A stretch of 30,019 bases of DNA, from the IMG/VR virus record IMGVR_UViG_3300030376_003069, positions 1 through 30,019 of that record. One strand, given 5' to 3'. The position numbers were made by a program, and so were the translations under genes. This stretch comes from a virus. Lineage: Duplodnaviria; Caudoviricetes. The stretch's first letter is position 1, and every line of letters starts with the position of its first letter. The notes under the pieces were generated by a model, which was not told the origin of the DNA, did no database searches, and saw only the letters and a list, made by a program, of their open reading frames with translations. Below are positions 23,895 through 30,019 of the stretch, one piece after another.

Positions 23895-26104
23895 TGTACG
23901 AGCAAAAACTATATAGTATTGTTACGCCGATTAAAACAAATACAATTAAAAGGCTTAATAAGAAAAAGGCTTGGAAATATGGTTACAATAAAGAAAATGA
24001 TGTTGTTGTAATTAGCAAAACAGGGCAGATAGGTGATGTGTATAGCATACAAGGTTTACATATAGCTTTGCCAAAAGTTCCAAAAGAAGTACACGTATTT
24101 AAAAATAATACTTGGCAGGTAACAGAATATCCTAAAGAGTTAAATAGAATAAAAACTATATTTGATTGGCGTGATTATCCAGAGGATTTTAAAAATAAGT
24201 ATATTGGTTATATAGAAAATGAGTTTACGAAAAGAGAAAATGGTTTCTGGTTTAGTAATAATAATATACCTACTTACATTACTGGTACACACTATATGTA
24301 TCTTCAGTGGTCTAAAATTGATGTAGGACATCCAGATTTTAGAGAAGCTAATAGATTATTTTATATTTTTTGGGAAGCTTGTAAGGCTGATAATAGGTGT
24401 TACGGTATGTGTTATCTTAAAAATAGACGATCTGGTTTTTCGTTTATGGCTTCTGGTGAAACAGTTAACTTAGCTACAATATCTAGTGACGCTAGATTTG
24501 GTATATTGTCTAAGTCTGGTCCTGATGCAAAAAAGATGTTTACCGACAAGGTAGTGCCAATATCAGTTAACTATCCTTTCTTTTTTAAACCGATTCAAGA
24601 TGGTATGGATCGACCAAAAACAGAACTAGCATATAGAGTACCAGCTAGCAAGTTGACAAGAAGAAACATTACATCTACTGAAAACAGACCTGAAGAATTA
24701 ACAGGATTAGATACAACTATTGATTGGAAAAATACAGGTGATAACAGTTATGATGGTGAAAAACTAAAACTGTTAGTACATGATGAAAGTGGTAAGTGGG
24801 AAAGGCCAAACAACATATTAAATAACTGGCGTGTAACAAAAACTACATTAAGGTTGGGTAGTAGGATTATTGGTAAGTGTATGATGGGTTCAACATCAAA
24901 CGCTTTAGATAAAGGAGGTGATAACTTTAAAAAACTGTATTATGATTCAGACGTTACCAAAAGAAACCGCAATGGACAGACTAGCTCGGGATTATATAGT
25001 TTGTTCATACCTATGGAATGGAACTACGAAGGATTCATTGATTCTAATGGAATACCTGTATTCGAAACGCCAACAGAAGAGGTTAAGGGACCATTTGGAG
25101 ACTATATAGATATAGGTGTTATTGATCATTGGCAAAATGAAGCTGATGGATTAAAGAATGATCAGGATGCTTTAAATGAGTTTTATAGACAATTTCCAAG
25201 AACTGAAGAACATGCTTTCAGAGATGAAACTAAAAATAGTATATTTAATTTAGTAAAAATATACGAGCAAATAGATATAAATGAAGAGGTTGCTAATTAT
25301 AGTAGAGGTAATTTCCAATGGGCAGGTGGTATAAAAGATACTACTGTTAGGTTTTTACCAAATCAACAAGGTAGATTTAATATATCTTGGACGCCACCAT
25401 CTCATTTACAAAATAAACAAGTAGTTAAAAACGGTTTAAAATATCCTGGCAATGAACACATGGGTGCTTTTGGTTGTGATAGCTACGATATATCAGGTAC
25501 GGTTGATGGTAAGGGTTCTAAAGGAGCTTTACACGGATTAACAAAGTTTAGTATGGAAGATGCTCCTGCTAATTCTTTTTTCTTAGAGTACTTAGCTAGA
25601 CCTCAGACATCCGAGATGTTCTTTGAGGACGTTCTAATGGCTTTAGTTTTTTACGGGATGCCAATACTCGCTGAGAATAATAAACCTCGTCTATTGTATT
25701 ATTTGAAAAGACGTGGTTATAGAGGTTATTCAATGAATAGACCTGATAAAGTTTGGAATAAATTATCTGTAGCAGAAAAAGAAGTTGGTGGAATGCCTAA
25801 CTCTAGTGAGGATATTAAACAAGCACACGCTGCTGCGATTGAAATGTACATAAATGATCATGTAGGTTTAAAAGCAGATGGTGAATATGGCGACATGGTA
25901 TTTAACAACACATTAAATGATTGGGCTGGTTTTGATATAACAAGAAGAACTAAGTTTGATGCAACAATTAGTAGCGGTTTAGCTATTATGGCTTGTAATA
26001 GACATTTATATAACCCAAGATCAAACGTGCAAAGAGATAAAATAAATTTAACAATAGCTAAATATAAAAATAAAGGCTATAATTCAAAATTAATAAAACA
26101 ATAA
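23894..26104 (+). CDS. terL: Terminase large subunit
   Basis: Walker A-like KNRRSGFS, Walker B LLVHDESGK, motif III GST, QFPRTEEHAF hinge, RNase H-fold FGCDSYD, AENN and FDATIS. Confidence 0.92.
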   Translation: MYEQKLYSIVTPIKTNTIKRLNKKKAWKYGYNKENDVVVISKTGQIGDVYSIQGLHIALPKVPKEVHVFKNNTWQVTEYPKELNRIKTIFDWRDYPEDFKNKYIGYIENEFTKRENGFWFSNNNIPTYITGTHYMYLQWSKIDVGHPDFREANRLFYIFWEACKADNRCYGMCYLKNRRSGFSFMASGETVNLATISSDARFGILSKSGPDAKKMFTDKVVPISVNYPFFFKPIQDGMDRPKTELAYRVPASKLTRRNITSTENRPEELTGLDTTIDWKNTGDNSYDGEKLKLLVHDESGKWERPNNILNNWRVTKTTLRLGSRIIGKCMMGSTSNALDKGGDNFKKLYYDSDVTKRNRNGQTSSGLYSLFIPMEWNYEGFIDSNGIPVFETPTEEVKGPFGDYIDIGVIDHWQNEADGLKNDQDALNEFYRQFPRTEEHAFRDETKNSIFNLVKIYEQIDINEEVANYSRGNFQWAGGIKDTTVRFLPNQQGRFNISWTPPSHLQNKQVVKNGLKYPGNEHMGAFGCDSYDISGTVDGKGSKGALHGLTKFSMEDAPANSFFLEYLARPQTSEMFFEDVLMALVFYGMPILAENNKPRLLYYLKRRGYRGYSMNRPDKVWNKLSVAEKEVGGMPNSSEDIKQAHAAAIEMYINDHVGLKADGEYGDMVFNNTLNDWAGFDITRRTKFDATISSGLAIMACNRHLYNPRSNVQRDKINLTIAKYKNKGYNSKLIKQ

Positions 26105-26105
26105 T

Positions 26106-28532
26106 ATGGCTGAGTCTTACATGAGCAATTATTTTCCTAGTCAAGTTGTAAGCGACAAAGAGAAGTTATCTTTAGAATATGGTTTAAAGATAGGTAAAGC
26201 TATTGAAAGCGAGTGGTTTAAAAGAGACTCTGGTACAAATAGATTTGCTAGCAACCAAAATAACTTCCATAAACTTAGACTTTACGCTAGGGGAGAACAA
26301 GCTATTCAAAAATATAAAGATGAATTATCTATAAATGGTGATTTGTCATATCTTAATTTAGATTGGAAACCAGTGCCTATTATACCTAAGTTTGTAGATA
26401 TAGTAGTAAATGGTATATCAGAAAGAACGTTTGATATAAAAGCATACACGCAAGATCCATACGGTGTTGATAAGAGAACTAAATACATGGAAGGTATATT
26501 AGCTGATATGAGATCTCAAGAGTTGAATGAATTTGCAGCAGAAGCTTTTGGTGTAAATTTACAATCAAGTGACGCTAATCCTTTACCTGATAATGAGGAA
26601 GAGTTACAACTACACATGCAGCTAAACTATAAACAAGCTGTTGAAATAGCAGAAGAGCAAGCTATTAATGTTTTGCTAGAGGGTAATAGATATGAATTAC
26701 TACGTAAGAAAATTAATTATGACTTATGTGTTTTAGGTATAGGTTGTGTTAAAAACACTTTTAATAAAGCTGAAGGTGTTAAAGTAGAATACGTTGACCC
26801 AGCTAATATAGTATATTCATATACTGAAGATCCATATTTTGAAGACATATATTATTTTGGTGAGATAAAAACTCTACCTATAAATGAAATAGTAAAAGAG
26901 TTTCCTCATTTAACAGAACAAGAATTAAAATCTTTACATAACCAAGGTCATCAAACTACAGGTTTTTACAATAGAAGTTTAGCTGAATCAGTTAATCAAG
27001 ATAAAAACCAAATACAAGTTTTATATTTTAATTATAAAACATATATGAACGAGGTTTATAAAACAAAAGAAACTTCAACAGGTGCTCATAAAATAATAGC
27101 AAAAGACGATGAGTTTAATCCTCCTACAGAATTACTAGAAGAAAGATTTGGTAAATTATCTAAACAAATAGAGGTTTTATTTGAAGGCGCTATGGTTTTA
27201 GGTACTAAACAAATGTTAAGATGGAACTTAGCTAGTAATATGATGAGACCTAAAAGTGATTATACTAAGGTCAAAATGAATTATAGCATCGTTGCTCCTA
27301 GAATGTACAAGGGTAAAATAGAATCTTTAGTTAGTAGAATTACTACATTTGCTGATATGATTCAAATAACACACCTTAAAATTCAACAGGTGATGTCTAG
27401 AATGGTTCCAGATGGTATATATTTAGACGCTGATGGTTTAGCTGAAATAGATTTAGGTAATGGAACTAATTATAATCCACAAGAAGCATTAAACATGTTC
27501 TTCCAAACTGGTAGTATAATTGGTAGATCATTTACATCTGATGGTGATATGAATCCAGGTAAGGTGCCTATTCAAGAAATACAATCAGGAAACGGTGGCG
27601 CAAAGCTACAATCATTAATTCAAACGTATAATTATTATCTACAAATGATAAGAGACGTGACCGGATTAAATGAAGCAAGAGATGGTAGTATGCCAGATGC
27701 TAAAACGTTAGTAGGTGTACAAAAGTTAGCTGCTGCAAATAGCAATACAGCTACAAGACATATATTACAAGCTGGTTTGTTTTTAACAACTGAATTAGCT
27801 GAGTGCTTATCATTAAGAATATCTGATATATTAGAATACTCACCAACAGCTGATGCTTTTGTGCAAAAATTAGGTAGACATAATGTTGCTACATTAAGAG
27901 AAATGGCTGATTTACATTTATATGACTTTGGTATATTTATTGAATTAACACCTGATGAAGAGGAAAAAGCTATGTTAGAAAATAATATTCAACAAGCTCT
28001 ACAACAGCAAGGTATAAACCTTGAAGATGCTATTGATATTAGAGAAATTAAAAACGTTAAACTAGCTAATCAGTTATTAAAACTAAAACGTAAAAGAAAA
28101 GCTGAGGAAGATGCAATGCTACAGCAGCAAAATATTCAACAGCAAGCTCAGGCTAATGCTCAAGCCCAACAGGTTGCAGCACAGGCGGAAGCACAGAAAA
28201 ATCAAGTTATAACGCAAAATCAAATGCAGTTAGAGCAAACAAAAGCTCAACTTGAAACAGAAAAAATGATGAAAGAAGCTCAACTTAAAAAAGAATTAAT
28301 GAATCATGAGTTTCAACTTAACATGCAGATAGAGCAAATGAAAGCTCAAACTGCAAAAGCAAGTGAAGATAATAAAGAAAACCGTAAGGACGAAAGAACT
28401 AAAATCCAAGCGAGTCAACAATCTGAATTAATAGATCAAAGAAATAATGCAAAACCACCTAAAAACTTTGAATCTTCAGGTAATGATATAATGGGTGGTG
28501 GGTTCGGCATGAATGCCTTTGAACCAAGATAA
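26106..28532 (+). CDS. Portal protein
   Basis: 808 aa directly after terL; PIIPKFVDIVV, IRDVTGLNEARDG and a Gln-rich coiled-coil C-terminus typical of podovirus portals. Confidence 0.88.
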   Translation: MAESYMSNYFPSQVVSDKEKLSLEYGLKIGKAIESEWFKRDSGTNRFASNQNNFHKLRLYARGEQAIQKYKDELSINGDLSYLNLDWKPVPIIPKFVDIVVNGISERTFDIKAYTQDPYGVDKRTKYMEGILADMRSQELNEFAAEAFGVNLQSSDANPLPDNEEELQLHMQLNYKQAVEIAEEQAINVLLEGNRYELLRKKINYDLCVLGIGCVKNTFNKAEGVKVEYVDPANIVYSYTEDPYFEDIYYFGEIKTLPINEIVKEFPHLTEQELKSLHNQGHQTTGFYNRSLAESVNQDKNQIQVLYFNYKTYMNEVYKTKETSTGAHKIIAKDDEFNPPTELLEERFGKLSKQIEVLFEGAMVLGTKQMLRWNLASNMMRPKSDYTKVKMNYSIVAPRMYKGKIESLVSRITTFADMIQITHLKIQQVMSRMVPDGIYLDADGLAEIDLGNGTNYNPQEALNMFFQTGSIIGRSFTSDGDMNPGKVPIQEIQSGNGGAKLQSLIQTYNYYLQMIRDVTGLNEARDGSMPDAKTLVGVQKLAAANSNTATRHILQAGLFLTTELAECLSLRISDILEYSPTADAFVQKLGRHNVATLREMADLHLYDFGIFIELTPDEEEKAMLENNIQQALQQQGINLEDAIDIREIKNVKLANQLLKLKRKRKAEEDAMLQQQNIQQQAQANAQAQQVAAQAEAQKNQVITQNQMQLEQTKAQLETEKMMKEAQLKKELMNHEFQLNMQIEQMKAQTAKASEDNKENRKDERTKIQASQQSELIDQRNNAKPPKNFESSGNDIMGGGFGMNAFEPR

Positions 28533-28558
28533 TTTGTTTAATTTTATAATATTATATT

Positions 28559-29797
28559 ATGGCTAAAAAAAAGAAAGCTGAGGCGGTTGAAGAAATCGTT
28601 GAACAAACACAAGAACAGCCTATTGTTGAAGAACAAAAGGTTGAGGAACCATCTAACCCTAATGAGGTTAAAGAAGATGGTACTATTAAAGTAGACTTAG
28701 ATAAATGGGCTAAGGTTAGTAAAAAAGAAGATACTGACGTAGCAAAAGTAGATTTATCTGAGAAAAAAGAAGAAGAACAACCAAAAGAAGAAGTAAAAGA
28801 AGAACCTGTTGAAGAGGTTAAAGAAGAAGAAAAAACAGAAGAGGTAGTTGAAGAAACACCTGTTGTTGAAGAGATTACTGAAATAGAGGTTGAAGAAAAA
28901 GTTGAAGAGGTTAAAGAAGCAGTTGAAGAAGCTGTTGCTGAAGCTCAAGAGACTGGTGAACCACTACCTGAAAACATACAAAAGGTAGTTGAATTCATTA
29001 ATGAAACAGGAGGTACTCTTGATGATTATGTTAGATTAAATCAAGATTATGACAAGTTTGATGATAATGAACTCGTAAACGAGTACTTAAAACAAACTAA
29101 ACCTCACTTAACAGATGAAGAAAGAGTTTTTGTTATGGAAGACTTATATTCGTTTGATGAAGAGGTTGATGATCCTAAAGACATTAGAAGAAAAAAATTG
29201 GCATTAAAAGAGCAAGTTGCGAATGCCAAAAGCCACTTGGACGGGCAAAAGTCCAAATATTACGCAGAAGTTAAAGCTGGAAGCAGGTTAGCGCCTGAAC
29301 AACAGAAAGCTATTGACTTCTTTAATCGATACAATGAAGACGCTAAGACTGTTGAAAAGAACAAGTCTATCTTTGAGAAAAGGTCAAATGAAGTTTTTAA
29401 CAATGAATTCAAAGGTTTTGAATACAAAGTTGGTGAAAAACGTTTCAGACTAAACATTAAAGAGGCTGACAAGGTTAAGGATAACCAAATGAACATTAAC
29501 AATTTCGTGAGTAAATTTACAAATAAAGATACTCAAGCTGTTGAAGATGCTAAAGGTTATCATAAATCACTTTTTACAGCAATGAACCCTGATTTAGTTG
29601 CAAATCATTTTTATCAACAAGGTAAAGCTGATGCTATAAAAGAAAGTATGGCTAAAGCTAAAAATGTTGATATGTCTGCTAGACAAACTAACACTAATGT
29701 TATTGAGTCTGGTGGTATGAGAGTGAGAGCAGTAACGGGTGAATCATCTAACGACTTTAAAGTAAAGATTGGGAGAAATCCAAATAAAATAAGTTAA
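28559..29797 (+). CDS. Probable capsid scaffolding protein
   Basis: Very acidic Glu-rich N-terminus and helical C-terminus, located between portal and capsid genes. Confidence 0.65.
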   Translation: MAKKKKAEAVEEIVEQTQEQPIVEEQKVEEPSNPNEVKEDGTIKVDLDKWAKVSKKEDTDVAKVDLSEKKEEEQPKEEVKEEPVEEVKEEEKTEEVVEETPVVEEITEIEVEEKVEEVKEAVEEAVAEAQETGEPLPENIQKVVEFINETGGTLDDYVRLNQDYDKFDDNELVNEYLKQTKPHLTDEERVFVMEDLYSFDEEVDDPKDIRRKKLALKEQVANAKSHLDGQKSKYYAEVKAGSRLAPEQQKAIDFFNRYNEDAKTVEKNKSIFEKRSNEVFNNEFKGFEYKVGEKRFRLNIKEADKVKDNQMNINNFVSKFTNKDTQAVEDAKGYHKSLFTAMNPDLVANHFYQQGKADAIKESMAKAKNVDMSARQTNTNVIESGGMRVRAVTGESSNDFKVKIGRNPNKIS

Positions 29798-29816
29798 ACA
29801 TTAAAAATTAAAAATT

Positions 29817-30019
29817 ATGCCTTTTATTAATCCTGCTCAAGGTGCTGAATTACAGCACTTGACACCTCGCCCAACTCAATCGTTGTGGGGAGACAATTAT
29901 TTGAGCTTCGATTCTGCATCTGGCGGTGGAACATTCGCACAGCAATTTTTACCAGAAATTTATGAAAAGGAAGTAGAAAGATACGGAAAAAGAACTGTAT
30001 CTGGTTTCCTTAAAATGGT
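29817..30019 (+). CDS. Major capsid protein, N-terminal part (runs off window)
   Basis: Manual translation MPFINPAQGAELQHLTPRPTQSLWGDNYLSFDSASGGGTFAQQFLPEIYEKEVERYGKRTVSGFLKM; open to the window end; follows portal and scaffold. Confidence 0.75.
   Translation, partial: MPFINPAQGAELQHLTPRPTQSLWGDNYLSFDSASGGGTFAQQFLPEIYEKEVERYGKRTVSGFLKM

Noticed and set aside
23894-26104. Intein or intron in terL
   Set aside because: The ORF is continuous with ordered ATPase and nuclease motifs and no visible splicing or homing-endonuclease motifs.
2997-29502. Other minus-strand ORFs inside late genes and the plus-strand ORF 6531..6713
   Set aside because: They overlap well-supported plus-strand genes, and I recognised no protein motifs in them.
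1-30019. Stop-codon reassignment as seen in some crAss-like phages
   Set aside because: The standard code gives dense, full-length genes, and TAA, TAG and TGA all appear as apparent terminators.

Overview
AT-rich segment of a lytic tailed dsDNA phage. The A-rich start contexts without Shine-Dalgarno sequences, the crAss/phi38:1-type terminase and the capsid N-terminus suggest a podovirus infecting aquatic Bacteroidota (Flavobacteria); this is an inference. The window spans a strand switch. Positions 1-2431 hold a minus-strand cluster of small, probably early genes, a tRNA(CAU) and two further tRNA/tmRNA-like RNA candidates. A tripartite motif, TACA-N7-YACGA-N8-GGATAATA, recurs four times on the minus strand here and once on the plus strand with exact spacing. 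Positions 2432-2933 are a non-coding control region: the plus-strand motif copy points into a G-rich tract, a T8 run and a 13-bp inverted repeat, followed by a minimal HNH-like gene, which makes it a candidate origin or packaging site. Positions 2934-30019 are a plus-strand late region: GroEL, GroES, a HEXXH protein, a Lys-rich protein, a 3TM holin, tail proteins including two large fibres (one with a peptidase S74 chaperone), a vWA+FN3 adhesin, a SAM methyltransferase, a second tandem GroES-like protein, terminase, portal, a probable scaffold and the start of the major capsid protein. Several late genes contain long hairpins, several with G-U pairs, inside their coding sequence.
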